A stretch of 64,000 bases of DNA from Candidatus Bathyarchaeia archaeon (GTDB lineage: Archaea > Thermoproteota > Bathyarchaeia > Bathyarchaeales > Bathycorpusculaceae). Positions 1 through 9,677 of the stretch are shown here, piece after piece. Where the stretch lies: assembly GCA_049521795.1 (NCBI GenBank), contig JBEKOM010000001.1, forward strand, positions 96,001-160,000, in the 5' to 3' direction. The position numbers and the translations under genes are program-made. The notes under the pieces are model-generated. The model was given only the letters and a program-made list of their open reading frames with translations, searched no databases and was not told the DNA's origin. Every line of letters starts with the position of its first letter. The stretch's first letter is position 1.

Positions 1-1374
1 AGAGACAATCTGGCCACGTTTGCTCACATAATCGAGAAAGAAGATGAAAAGTACGACTACATCCTGACCAATCCACCATACGTCACACGTGGAGCTAGAG
101 TTATCAAAGAAGAAATCAAGACCAAAGGGCTGAAGCAATATTATCCGATAAATGCTTCAGGACTGGAAGGAATAAGCATCGAATGGGTAGTGCGAAGCCT
201 GAAGAAAGGGGGAAAAGCATTCATCATCGTTCCCGATGGAGTAGCCGAAAGGGAACTTGCATCTGACAAACGACTGAGAGAATACATCATTCAAGAATGT
301 TATCTGGATGCAATAATCTCTCTTCCTGTACGAACCTTCTTTGCAAATTTCAGGAAAACCTACATCATAGCAATAACGAAGAAAGCCAAAGTGGATGACG
401 TGCAAAAGCACGGAGTGTTCACCTATCTTGTCTCTGACATAGGGGAAGACTTAACGAAAAAGAGAAGAGAAGAGATACCTGAAAATGATCTACCAGAAAT
501 GGAAAAATTGTTCGCTTTATACTCAGCTATCAAAGACTCACCTTCTGATTATCCCCTCATAAAAAGCCAAAGATGCAAAATATTGACTCTTGCTGAACTA
601 GAGTTATTGGGTGGGGAGCAAAAACGCTGGAGAATTGAGAAGTTCTGGTCAGAGACAGAACTAAAGGAAATGAAATTGTTAGAGGATAAGGTCGAGCTTC
701 AAACCGTGCTTGACTCATTGGAGAATTCGAAGGAATACATTAGAAAACTGATGCTTGCAAGGGAAAACATTCCAATAAGTGCAGGCCAAGTCAAGGTATT
801 CAAAGTATCTGACCTATTCGATTTCGAAAGTGAGAAAGTAAGAGGATACATGAAATACACTAAGAAATACTGTAGAACACACAAAGGGGATTATCCAGTT
901 TATTCAGGAATGACATATAATGATGGGTTAATAGCGATGATCGACCATTATGATTACGATGTCAAACAATGTCTAACGTGGACTGCTGACGGAGTTTATG
1001 CTGGCACAGTATTCCTAAGAGAAGGCAAGTTCAGCATGACCTACCATTCAGGGATTCTTTTGCCGAAAGGAAAGCTAGCAGAACCCCATTCTGCCTATGA
1101 TGTAAACGGAATCTATCTGCCTTATGTTTATCATGTTTTGAACAACAAACTGAGGAAGTTTGCTTTAGGACAAGAGAAACAGAACAAGAGGGTGACCGTA
1201 CGGGTTATGAAGGACATTGAAATCGAGATGCCAATCATGGATGAGAAAACTTTTGACAAGAAAAAACAAGAAGAGATGTCGATACAATACAATGCGCTTG
1301 AGCTAGCTCTTGATGAAGCAGTTCAAGCTAAAAATGAAGCCATAGAGATGTTGAAAAATGCACTCGGTAGATGA
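1..1374 (+). CDS. N6-adenine DNA methyltransferase fused to a C-terminal type I/IIG specificity (TRD-like) domain; 5'-truncated by the window edge
   Basis: Frame 1 is open from base 1; ILTNPPY catalytic motif with NPPY at 70-81, then GGKAFIIVPDG and AIISLP..TF; C-terminal GDYPVYSG...LTWTADG.YAGTVF resembles HsdS domains. Confidence 0.85.
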   Translation, partial: RDNLATFAHIIEKEDEKYDYILTNPPYVTRGARVIKEEIKTKGLKQYYPINASGLEGISIEWVVRSLKKGGKAFIIVPDGVAERELASDKRLREYIIQECYLDAIISLPVRTFFANFRKTYIIAITKKAKVDDVQKHGVFTYLVSDIGEDLTKKRREEIPENDLPEMEKLFALYSAIKDSPSDYPLIKSQRCKILTLAELELLGGEQKRWRIEKFWSETELKEMKLLEDKVELQTVLDSLENSKEYIRKLMLARENIPISAGQVKVFKVSDLFDFESEKVRGYMKYTKKYCRTHKGDYPVYSGMTYNDGLIAMIDHYDYDVKQCLTWTADGVYAGTVFLREGKFSMTYHSGILLPKGKLAEPHSAYDVNGIYLPYVYHVLNNKLRKFALGQEKQNKRVTVRVMKDIEIEMPIMDEKTFDKKKQEEMSIQYNALELALDEAVQAKNEAIEMLKNALGR

Positions 1375-1432
1375 ACTGCGCAAAAGACTTATTTGGTTAC
1401 TCTTTTAACATAAAAATGGATGGTGTGGTCCA

Positions 1433-1621
1433 GTGCCAAAGTGTCCAGAATGTAAGAAAGAAGTGACTAGACCTTCTAAGAAATGGAAATATAGTGTGTT
1501 CACTGTCGAGCTATTTGACTGTGGTTGTGGAACGCAATTTAGAGAATATTCAAAGAAGGGGAAGTACAGCCACACACTGAAGATCAAAAAAGGCAGAGAC
1601 AAAAATTACAGCAAAGTTTGA
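1433..1621 (+). CDS. Small basic zinc-ribbon protein, Cren7-like
   Basis: MPKCPECKKEVTRPSKKWKY...VELFDCGCGTQFREY; CxxC...CxC, Lys-rich. Confidence 0.7.
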   Translation: MPKCPECKKEVTRPSKKWKYSVFTVELFDCGCGTQFREYSKKGKYSHTLKIKKGRDKNYSKV

Positions 1622-1637
1622 ATATTTTCAATTAACC

Positions 1638-1808
1638 CTATTTCTTACTGGCCTTTGGGATTGTATGGCTTAATTTTCCTTCAAAATAATAAGCTTTGAA
1701 ACACCTTTCACATTTAGGGCAATCAAACCTCTTTGCGTGAAAGCTTGCGTAGTCCCATTCTCTTGTGGGTTTTGGGACTTCTGTATTGCAACGAGGACAC
1801 TTGACCAA
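1638..1808 (-). CDS. Small basic zinc-ribbon protein, paralog of 1433-1621
   Basis: From TTG 1808: MVKCPRCNTEVPKPTREWDY...RFDCPKCERCFKAY...SHT; aligns by eye with the convergent neighbour. Confidence 0.7.
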   Translation of the reverse strand: MVKCPRCNTEVPKPTREWDYASFHAKRFDCPKCERCFKAYYFEGKLSHTIPKASKK

Positions 1809-1943
1809 AATGCGACACCCAGTGACTCTTACATGTTTTATGTTAATAATACTTTTCTGACTGATAAACTCGTTATCAACCGATTTTTGACAAGGGCTTG
1901 TATCAACGAAAGACTTCACAGAACCCCACAAATTACTCAATCG

Positions 1944-2111
1944 TCAAGAGTACCAGCGTTTTCTTCTCCAACCTTCCCGTCGCACCATAAACTTGACATC
2001 AGAACCCTTGTACGCTTTGTTCCATTCTCTAGCTTCCTTCTCAGCCTTCCTCTTAGTCCTATAACGTTCTCCAGCAACAACGCGGATAATGCTGTTTCCT
2101 TTCCTTCTCAC
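1944..2111 (-). CDS. Possible small basic hypothetical protein (55 aa, not in the ORF track)
   Basis: Manual translation from GTG 2111: MRRKGNSIIRVVAGERYRTKRKAEKEAREWNKAYKGSDVKFMVRREGWRRKRWYS*; co-oriented with flanking minus-strand genes. Confidence 0.35.
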   Translation of the reverse strand: MRRKGNSIIRVVAGERYRTKRKAEKEAREWNKAYKGSDVKFMVRREGWRRKRWYS

Positions 2112-2256
2112 GACAAGCCATTTCTTAGGAGAAGGTCGTCTTTGATAACTCGTAGGGGCTCACAAAAGAAAAATCTGAAAAGTTACAGGTTCACAGAACA
2201 GCCTAATAGAAGAAAGAAAAAGCTTGAAGAATCGCTATAGGTCAGATTGCAGTTTT

Positions 2257-2553
2257 CTAACAGACTACCATTTTCTTCATTGGATACTCTTGGACATTCT
2301 CTGGTTTCTTGACGGCTGCGATCATCATCAGTTGTACTTCTTTGTTTGTATTTTCTATTTGCACATCGTTTCTGCTTCTCAAGAAGGTAAGTAGTTCGTG
2401 ACAGAATGATCTGGACGCAAAGATTATGTTTGAAAAATCTATTTGAACTGTCTGTCCTGACGGTACGTCTGAGATTCTTTTGGTTACTAACAAAGCAGTT
2501 TCTCTATCTCGCAATGTGTTCGTACCGAACATGTCGTATAGACTTATTTTCAT
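2257..2553 (-). CDS. STAS-like / DUF4325 family protein
   Basis: TLRDRETA...VQIDFSNIIFASRSFCHELL, typical STAS-like DF..I...S.SF..E pattern. Confidence 0.75.
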   Translation of the reverse strand: MKISLYDMFGTNTLRDRETALLVTKRISDVPSGQTVQIDFSNIIFASRSFCHELLTFLRSRNDVQIENTNKEVQLMMIAAVKKPENVQEYPMKKMVVC

Positions 2554-2626
2554 GTTTTCTCTCTCCCTTTCAAGAGAAAGTTCTCACTTATGCTTAATTA
2601 AGTTAACGATGTAATGATTCGATTCT

Positions 2627-3454
2627 CTATTGTAAGTACTGATACATGATGTCTGTAGCCTTGAGCTTAAACCTTATTCCCACGAAAGAACCTTCCCACT
2701 CGAAACCAATTTGGTACGGAATACTTTCCTTCTTGTGGATGTACAACAAGGAATCGCCAGACAAGACGATGACCTCTCCACCATAACCTTCAACAAACAT
2801 CCTTACTATTGTTGGGATTCCTGTTCCTCGCTCCTGAACTGGTGATTTAGAGGATTTGCCTTCTAACGCATTGGTAATCGCATCTAGATGAGTTCTAACT
2901 TCGTATGGTGTTCCACGATAGGATTCTCTATAGCCAATACCAGTATCGCACATTGCGATTTCGCATGTTCTCATTGCGTTCCAGTACTGTGCAAGTATCC
3001 AGTAGTTGTTGACCCTTGCATGTTCCCGAATGTTTGCTACTATCTCACTGGTCAGAAGTTTTAAACTATTGGTTGAGGGTTCTCGGTTTTTTTCAGGAAG
3101 CTTACTTAAAATCAGGTCTTCATAGGTACTCAATACGCAGTTTTCTTTGTCATCGCATGAAAGTTGGGTTATGGGAAGAAAGTTCTTAGAAGATTCCAAT
3201 TTGGTTGTGCCTTGCTGAAAGGAAATCGCCTCAAGATAAGTCTGAATACCAGAGTCTTCCTCAGTGCAATTGATTGAGACGGCATGATTATTAGCGTATA
3301 CTGCAAGAGGCAAAATTGAGATCGGAGTTACCCACCCAACTGGACGCATTTCATTAGAGTCTTTTCCATCAACTACCGTCTGGTGTAGCTCCTTGAGATT
3401 GCCGATCAGTTCAAGAAGCCTTTTGCTTGTGCTGTACTCTCGACTCAATTGCAT
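2627..3454 (-). CDS. GHKL/HATPase_c-fold ATP-binding protein (anti-sigma-kinase-like)
   Basis: N-box SEIVANIREHA, G1 CDTGIG, G2 RGTGI, terminal W.GSFVGIRF. Confidence 0.75.
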   Translation of the reverse strand: MQLSREYSTSKRLLELIGNLKELHQTVVDGKDSNEMRPVGWVTPISILPLAVYANNHAVSINCTEEDSGIQTYLEAISFQQGTTKLESSKNFLPITQLSCDDKENCVLSTYEDLILSKLPEKNREPSTNSLKLLTSEIVANIREHARVNNYWILAQYWNAMRTCEIAMCDTGIGYRESYRGTPYEVRTHLDAITNALEGKSSKSPVQERGTGIPTIVRMFVEGYGGEVIVLSGDSLLYIHKKESIPYQIGFEWEGSFVGIRFKLKATDIMYQYLQ

Positions 3455-3684
3455 GAACCATAAATAAGGTTGTGCAAGTTTTAAGATTTATCGCCATTGG
3501 ACTAGACATATATTAATCAAAATGCTTTCGTAATTCATCACCCGACAGTTAACATGGAGAGTTGGAATGGTTGTTTTGTCACCCGATTCTTAACGGCTTT
3601 TCCTATCGCCTATGAAGTTACCAGAACCCTTTATCATTAAGTTTAATAGTTTGTCCGTGCATAAAACGGGAAAGGCGTTGTCAC

Positions 3685-4302
3685 ATGGAAAAGCAATCGC
3701 AGAATGGTTACATGTTCATTCCGGGGGCCACAACTGTCGGCGTAATCTTCAAAGATGGTGTTATTTTGGCCTCTGAGAAGCGGGTTTCATATGGTTATCT
3801 CATCGTGAGCAAGACGGGAAAGAAGGTTTTCAGGCTGACGGACCACATAGGCGCGGCTTGTGCCGGACTGGTCTCTGACATGCAGGTTCTCATCAGAGAG
3901 GTCCAAGCCTACGGAAACCTGTTCAACCTGGATGTTGGCCGACCCATATCGGTCAGATCGGCTGCTAAGCTCATGTCAAGTCTACTCTTCAGCCGTCGGT
4001 TGGCACCTCTCATCACGCAGACAATCGTCGGGGGAGTGGACAAAGAGGGCCCCTCACTCTATTCGCTAGACCCACTGGGTTCGGTGCTTCCTGACAAGTA
4101 CACAGTCGTTGGGTCGGGAACGGAGATTGCGATGGGAGTCGTCGAGGAAGGATACAAGGATAACATGGGGATGGATGAAGCGAAGGACCTGGTCATGAGG
4201 GCAATGAAGTCTGCCGTGAGCAGAGACGTAATGAGCGGAGACGGGATAGATTTTCTGATAATAACTAAGGATGGAATCAGCGAAGAATCAATGAAATTTT
4301 AG
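3685..4302 (+). CDS. psmB: Proteasome subunit beta
   Basis: PGATTVGVIFKDGVILASEKRVS, GSG, RDVMSGDG motifs. Confidence 0.93.
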   Translation: MEKQSQNGYMFIPGATTVGVIFKDGVILASEKRVSYGYLIVSKTGKKVFRLTDHIGAACAGLVSDMQVLIREVQAYGNLFNLDVGRPISVRSAAKLMSSLLFSRRLAPLITQTIVGGVDKEGPSLYSLDPLGSVLPDKYTVVGSGTEIAMGVVEEGYKDNMGMDEAKDLVMRAMKSAVSRDVMSGDGIDFLIITKDGISEESMKF

Positions 4303-4379
4303 GCCTCCCGTTCTCAGCAAAGATTTAAACTTTGATCTCTGCACACTAGTTATCTCCGCGACGCGGGGAGGGTTCAGAA

Positions 4380-5018
4380 TTGTCGTTTCAGCTTAGCCAG
4401 AATGAAGGAAGTTTTCTCGTGAAGCTGGCACGGAAGGCCGTTGAAGAGTATTTGAAAACTGGGAAACACGCGAAGATTCCGATGGGTGTCTCAGAACAAC
4501 TACTAAAACCATGCGGGGTCTTCGTTACCATAAACAGGCTTGAGGGTGACAAGAAAGCTCTCAGGGGATGCATTGGCTTTCCATACCCCACGACGCCGCT
4601 GGTTGAAGCAGTCGTAGAGTCTGCGATAAGCGCGGCAACTCAGGACCCAAGGTTTCCACCCATTTCTCTCAGCGAACTTGATCACGTTGTCTTCGAGGTG
4701 AGCGTGCTCACGCCTCCTGAGACGGTGGAGGTGAAAAACCCGAAGGAATACTGCGCCCAGATCAAGGTGGGCGAAGACGGTTTGATCGTTGAAAGAGGCT
4801 TCTGCAAGGGACTGCTCCTGCCTCAAGTGCCTGTCGAATGGGAATGGGATGAGGAGACCTTTCTCTGTCAATGCTGCCTCAAGGCTGGCTTGCCTCCAGA
4901 TTCTTGGCTTGTGAAAGGCACGAAGATTTACAAGTTCAGTTCCATCATTGCCGAAGAGCTTTCACCCAAAGGCGAAGTAGTGATGGTCGATATGCGAAAG
5001 AAAACGAGGGCCAAGTAG
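4380..5018 (+). CDS. AMMECR1-domain protein (AmrA/TIGR00296-like)
   Basis: GVFVT...LRGCIG, DPRF, GLLLPQV, C.KAG motifs. Confidence 0.93.
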   Translation: MSFQLSQNEGSFLVKLARKAVEEYLKTGKHAKIPMGVSEQLLKPCGVFVTINRLEGDKKALRGCIGFPYPTTPLVEAVVESAISAATQDPRFPPISLSELDHVVFEVSVLTPPETVEVKNPKEYCAQIKVGEDGLIVERGFCKGLLLPQVPVEWEWDEETFLCQCCLKAGLPPDSWLVKGTKIYKFSSIIAEELSPKGEVVMVDMRKKTRAK

Positions 5019-5104
5019 CTCTAAGGTTCCGCGCGCAAAGCGTTTCATTTGCTATTGAAGTAGCAAATTATGCCATAGAAAAAACGTGAGAGACAAGACG
5101 TGAG

Positions 5105-5440
5105 CTACACGTATTTTTTGTCTCTGTCGCACCACCATCTCTGGTATTGCTCAATATACCGCAGCGGCCCGCCGCACGTGGGGCAGGTTGGTGCCGTGCT
5201 CTGTGTCTCTTGAACTTGGACTTGTGCAGGCTTCAACACTATGAAGTCTCCTATGGCTTGGACTTCTTCCCATGATATGTTTCGACCTTCGCCTTTTTTT
5301 CCCTCAACATGAAGCGACAAGCCCATCTTACCAACCACGAAAGCTACATCTTTAACGATTCCGACAGAACGACCATCAGAATCTACGACCGTCATGCCGA
5401 CGAGCATGTCCTTGGTAACAGCCTTTTCCTGTTTAGCCAT
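5105..5440 (-). CDS. PRC-barrel protein with C-terminal zinc ribbon
   Basis: LVGMTVVDSDGRSVGIVKDV...W.EV.AIGDFIVL; CPTCGGPLRYIEQYQRWWC; ATG 5440 preceded by AGGAGG. Confidence 0.8.
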   Translation of the reverse strand: MAKQEKAVTKDMLVGMTVVDSDGRSVGIVKDVAFVVGKMGLSLHVEGKKGEGRNISWEEVQAIGDFIVLKPAQVQVQETQSTAPTCPTCGGPLRYIEQYQRWWCDRDKKYV

Positions 5441-5658
5441 ACCTATCCTCCTTTTCGTTGGTAAGTGCGTGTGCACAGCTTAAGAGTTTTACCTAGTCGC
5501 TCTGCGAGTCCCAAAAAAGTTAAGAATCGCTCGGCCTCCATTTGCGCTTAGTGGCGCATCTTTACGTCCTTAACTTTCAACAAGACTCTCAAGATGGTCT
5601 TTGATGAAGAACGATTGAGAGAAGAATGGAGCTCAATGCTGTTGGCGGGAAGTACGTT

Positions 5659-6834
5659 ATGAAAGTCTATTTTGCTCCCAACGGGATCGGTTTGGGACAC
5701 GTTGGAAGATGCGTGCCCGTTGCGAGGAGACTCAGGGAAAACGGCGCTGAAGTGGTTTTTTCAACTTACCGAGAAGGCATAGGATACGTTGAGCGCGAGA
5801 ATTTTCCGCTCATAAAGGCTCCTCCTATCGGGTTCCAAGTCAAACCCGATGGGAGCGTTGATTTCACGCAGACTGCGATCAATCCGGGACCGTTTTTGGC
5901 CACGTTCACTCTTCTAAGACAGCTCAACGCAGAAATCAGAACGATTGAGGGTTTCAAACCTGATGTCGTTGTTTCAGACTCGCGTGCCACGCCTTTGCTG
6001 GCGGGGAGACTTTTGAGGATTCCCAGAATCTGCATACTAAACCAATTCCATCCTATAGTTCCAAGGACAAAGCGTCTTCTACACTTGTCAAGGTTCGCAG
6101 ACGCGGTCACTTTGACTATTGTTGGCAAAATCTGGACAGGCGGAAACAAAGTTCTAATCCCGGATTTTCCGCAACCATACACGATATCAATCGGCAATCT
6201 CACCATCCCAAAACCTTACCTAAAAAATGTTAAGCTCATAGGACCGATACTCCCGACGAAACCAGAAGAATTACCGGCTAGAGAGGAAATATGCGAAAAA
6301 CTGAACCTGCCAACAGACAGGCCAACAATATTTGCCGCAGTGAGCGGCCCAACGTCAGAGAAGGCTTTCGTAACCGGAGTCCTGAGAAAAATCCTGCTGG
6401 AGTTTCCAGAAGATTATGAAATCATAATGTCCCTTGGCTACCCAAGCGCAGACAACAAGCCCACGCGCCATGGAAACGTTACGATTTACAAGTGGGTTCC
6501 TAACCGTTTTGAATACCTGAAAGCGTGCGACTTGGTCATAGGACGCGCAGGGCATGGAACGATAACTCAGTGTATGTGTTATGGCAAGCCCATGATACTA
6601 GTGCCCACACCTAGTCACACCGAGCAGATCAGCAATGCAAAACAGGCAGAGAACATCGGTGTTGCAAAAATCGTCTTACAGAATCGCTTGAGCAAAGAAA
6701 AACTCCTGCAAAACGTCCAAGCGACATTGCAGAGCGAAATGGTTCAGAGAGCTGCTGAGGTTCAAAAAGAAGTCCTGAAGTATGACGGATTGGAAAACGC
6801 TGTTCAGAACGTGATGGATGCGGTTGGAAAATAG
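5659..6834 (+). CDS. Glycosyltransferase, GT28/MurG-like
   Basis: GIGLGHVGR; C-terminal DLVIGRAGHGT...PMILVP...EQ..NA. Confidence 0.88.
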   Translation: MKVYFAPNGIGLGHVGRCVPVARRLRENGAEVVFSTYREGIGYVERENFPLIKAPPIGFQVKPDGSVDFTQTAINPGPFLATFTLLRQLNAEIRTIEGFKPDVVVSDSRATPLLAGRLLRIPRICILNQFHPIVPRTKRLLHLSRFADAVTLTIVGKIWTGGNKVLIPDFPQPYTISIGNLTIPKPYLKNVKLIGPILPTKPEELPAREEICEKLNLPTDRPTIFAAVSGPTSEKAFVTGVLRKILLEFPEDYEIIMSLGYPSADNKPTRHGNVTIYKWVPNRFEYLKACDLVIGRAGHGTITQCMCYGKPMILVPTPSHTEQISNAKQAENIGVAKIVLQNRLSKEKLLQNVQATLQSEMVQRAAEVQKEVLKYDGLENAVQNVMDAVGK

Positions 6835-6881
6835 AAGACTGCAACAAGTGTTTTAAGCCGAATAGCTGAGAACTTAGAGGC

Positions 6882-7736
6882 ATGTTCTTGCCGCGCAAGA
6901 TTCTAGAAGAGAAGCTTCGAGCTTTGTTGGCTGAGGACGTAGGACAAGGAGACATAACTAGTTCTTTGATAGTTCCAGCGGACACGAATGCGCGGGCCTC
7001 AGTAGTGGCAAAGCAGCTGGGGATCGTTGCTGGAATTGAAGAGGCAAAGATTTTTCTTCAGAGTTTAGGGCTTGAAGTGGAAGCTTCCGTGAATGACGGG
7101 AAAGAAGTGAGACCAAGTGAAGTTCTGCTCAGAATCTACGGAGATGCTCGCACGCTTCTGGCGGCAGAACGGACCCTGCTTAATCTTCTTTCGCGCATGA
7201 GTGGCATAGCGACAGCGACGAGGAGCTTGGTCGAGAAGCTTCGAAAGGCCAAGGTTAAGACTAGGGTTGCGTGTACCAGAAAGACTGCGCCTGGACTTCT
7301 GTACTTCGACAAGAAAGCCGTGCTGGTAGGCGGTGGAGACACGCATAGGCTCCATCTTGATGATATGATACTGATAAAAGACAATCACATAGCCCTGGCT
7401 GGAAGTGTCGAAAAAGCCGTTGAAAGAGCTAGGAAACACGCTTCTTTCAGCAAGAAGATTGAGGTTGAAGTAACTAAGACTGAGGAAGTTCTGGCTGCTG
7501 TTCGAGCTGGAGCTGACATCGTGATGCTGGACAACTTTTCTCCGAAACAGACAGAGAAGACGATGACGTTGCTCAGGAAGGAGAAGTATTATGGAAAAGT
7601 TTTGGTGGAAGCCAGTGGCGGAATAACTGCTGAGAACTTCATGAGGTTTGCCTCAACAGGGGTCGATGTCGTGAGTTTGGGCGAGATAACTCAGAGCCCA
7701 AAAGCCCTAGATATGAGTTTGGAAATCAACAAATAG
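6882..7736 (+). CDS. nadC: Quinolinate phosphoribosyltransferase
   Basis: EDVGQGDITS, TRKTAPG, HRLHLDDMILIKDNH, MLDNF, EASGGI. Confidence 0.96.
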   Translation: MFLPRKILEEKLRALLAEDVGQGDITSSLIVPADTNARASVVAKQLGIVAGIEEAKIFLQSLGLEVEASVNDGKEVRPSEVLLRIYGDARTLLAAERTLLNLLSRMSGIATATRSLVEKLRKAKVKTRVACTRKTAPGLLYFDKKAVLVGGGDTHRLHLDDMILIKDNHIALAGSVEKAVERARKHASFSKKIEVEVTKTEEVLAAVRAGADIVMLDNFSPKQTEKTMTLLRKEKYYGKVLVEASGGITAENFMRFASTGVDVVSLGEITQSPKALDMSLEINK

Positions 7737-7761
7737 CGAAAAGTTGATCGATGGGATAGTA

Positions 7762-8307
7762 TTAGCCGCTAGTTGCATTTATCAGGGCGATTTCTATTAT
7801 TGCAGATACTAACAATATCAAAGTTACAATGGCGATGAGGACAGCGGCGTTTCTAAGCTCTCTCTTGCCGTAGCCTTGCATGGTCCTTCGAATGAGCCAG
7901 ACGCTTTCTGCTAGGCCTACAGACATCGAGATGTTCTCTAACCAATAGATCGGAATCAGAAAGTATAGGAGGAGCAACAGCCACGGCGGTAACCCCTGCG
8001 CCTGCGGAGACATGGATTGTGCGACTATGACGACTCCTGAGCTGTAGCTTGAAAAGAAGCCGAAGATTGGTCCGCCAATGGGCACGAATGTTGCTAGACA
8101 GAGAATGAGGTTGTGTCCGAAGATGTTTTCAACACTGGCTGTGGCCCGCTCCTGATCTATTTCCTGGTTTATACTATTGGCGTCTTGTTGACTTAGGTGC
8201 GTCAGAAGTCCTACACCGGTGGCGACCTGCCACAGCAATAAGAAGACCGCGACAGTGATAATCCGCTTTCTTCTTGATGAGGACCTTTTCCAAAAACCGG
8301 GCATCAA
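7762..8307 (-). CDS. Membrane protein, SpoIIM/DUF95-like
   Basis: IFGHNLILCL..FVPIGG and terminal LLVSAIIE; several hydrophobic segments. Confidence 0.7.
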   Translation of the reverse strand: MMPGFWKRSSSRRKRIITVAVFLLLWQVATGVGLLTHLSQQDANSINQEIDQERATASVENIFGHNLILCLATFVPIGGPIFGFFSSYSSGVVIVAQSMSPQAQGLPPWLLLLLYFLIPIYWLENISMSVGLAESVWLIRRTMQGYGKRELRNAAVLIAIVTLILLVSAIIEIALINATSG

Positions 8308-9006
8308 TCACTTTGCCTCCTTTGGACTTATTCTTAATGCTCTGAAACCCCTTGCCACGGGGTTTAATACTTCTGTGATATTGACCTTTTTGAGAACTTC
8401 TCCTGTGTCCTCCGCGTCACCTCTTACGTCGTGCTCTGCAGGCATCAACGAGTACAGGTAGACGTTGTTTTCCGTTAGCCTTGGCTGGCATCTGGAGGGT
8501 AAACCTAGCAGGACAGTTTGTTTCTCATCGATAGCTCTTGCGCTTGCATAGAGTATCGCGTGTGCGCCCGATGTCAGCTCGGCGATCCTTACTGGTACGC
8601 TTTCTTTGCCTATGGCCAACACTTCAGCACCGTATTTTTGCATTATTTCGTTGGCGATTTTTCTGAGCCTCGGCAACACTTTTAACAGGTGGCGTTTGGC
8701 GTTTGCTGAGATTTTCATGTTGGTGAATTCTATGGGGGAGAGTTGTTCAAGCGTCACTGACCCCAGGGACATGTCGAGGTGCACAACGTCAGCCTTTGCT
8801 TTTGCGATTAGGTCCCTGCAGAGTTCTGCTTCGTGTATTATGACTTCGTGGCCGTTTTCAGCGTTGGCGAAGATGGGTTCGGCCAGAAAAGCGCTTGCTT
8901 CCCTGTATGGTGGGAGGGTCAGGACTGATGCAGCTGCAACGATCGACAACGGTTTAAACTTGTCGTTGAGTATGGCTGCTGAGGAATCTGCCGCGATCAC
9001 TCTCAA
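8308..9006 (-). CDS. Conserved archaeal protein (DUF4152-like)
   Basis: MRVIAADSSAAIL...DVVHLDMSLG...AIGKESVPVRIAEL. Confidence 0.7.
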   Translation of the reverse strand: MRVIAADSSAAILNDKFKPLSIVAAASVLTLPPYREASAFLAEPIFANAENGHEVIIHEAELCRDLIAKAKADVVHLDMSLGSVTLEQLSPIEFTNMKISANAKRHLLKVLPRLRKIANEIMQKYGAEVLAIGKESVPVRIAELTSGAHAILYASARAIDEKQTVLLGLPSRCQPRLTENNVYLYSLMPAEHDVRGDAEDTGEVLKKVNITEVLNPVARGFRALRISPKEAK

Positions 9007-9045
9007 CCTTTCACCTTGCTTGTCAATTAGCGCGGTGACGAGGAT

Positions 9046-9675
9046 TTATGTTTGCTGTTCTAAGCCTTGCTTCTTCAGGTGTGTTCCTAGAATGAAGATT
9101 TCTGAGCTTTTGGCTCTGCTGGCTTTCGGTTTCACCACGACTATGGTTTCGAAGCATTGTTCCACCTTGTGCACGAAGTCGTCAAGCATGTCTCCTTGGA
9201 AGACCTTGACGAAAAAGTTTCCTGAAGGTCTCAGTGTCTGCTGCGCTATTTCGAGTGCGCGTTGTGCTAGGTCTATTTGGCGAGCATGGTCAACTTCCCA
9301 TATTCCTGAGATGTTCGAGGAAGCATCGGAGATTACGGCATCGGCTTTTCTTGGGAGCATTTCCAGAATCTGGTTAACTGCTTCTTCTTCTGTTATGTCG
9401 CACACTATCGTTCTCACGTAGGGTTGTGGAAACGGTTCGATATGTTTCAGGTCGACGCCTAGGACAAAGCCTTTTTTGCCGACGGTTTTTCGTGCCGCTT
9501 GGACCCAGCCGCCTGGCGCTGCGCCCAGGTCGACGACAACGTCGCCGTACTCTATGAAATGATACCTCGTTATAGCTTCAAAAAGTTTGTAGGTTGCCCT
9601 TGAGCGGTATTTTTCCAGCTTTGCCTTCTTGTAGTAGTAGTCTCTTTTTCTATTCTGAATCCACGCCTTGGGCAA
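9046..9675 (-). CDS. rlmE: 23S rRNA 2'-O-methyltransferase RlmE/FtsJ
   Basis: YRSRATYKL, DLGAAPGGW, KVFQG, KP.ASR..S.E. Confidence 0.95.
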   Translation of the reverse strand: MPKAWIQNRKRDYYYKKAKLEKYRSRATYKLFEAITRYHFIEYGDVVVDLGAAPGGWVQAARKTVGKKGFVLGVDLKHIEPFPQPYVRTIVCDITEEEAVNQILEMLPRKADAVISDASSNISGIWEVDHARQIDLAQRALEIAQQTLRPSGNFFVKVFQGDMLDDFVHKVEQCFETIVVVKPKASRAKSSEIFILGTHLKKQGLEQQT

Positions 9676-9677
9676 GA

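Noticed and set aside
1737-2240. 167-aa plus-strand ORF and the many other antisense ORFs in the track (e.g. 8606-9421, 34606-35223, 52716-53422)
   Set aside because: They are shadow ORFs overlapping better-supported genes on the opposite strand and show no recognisable motifs.
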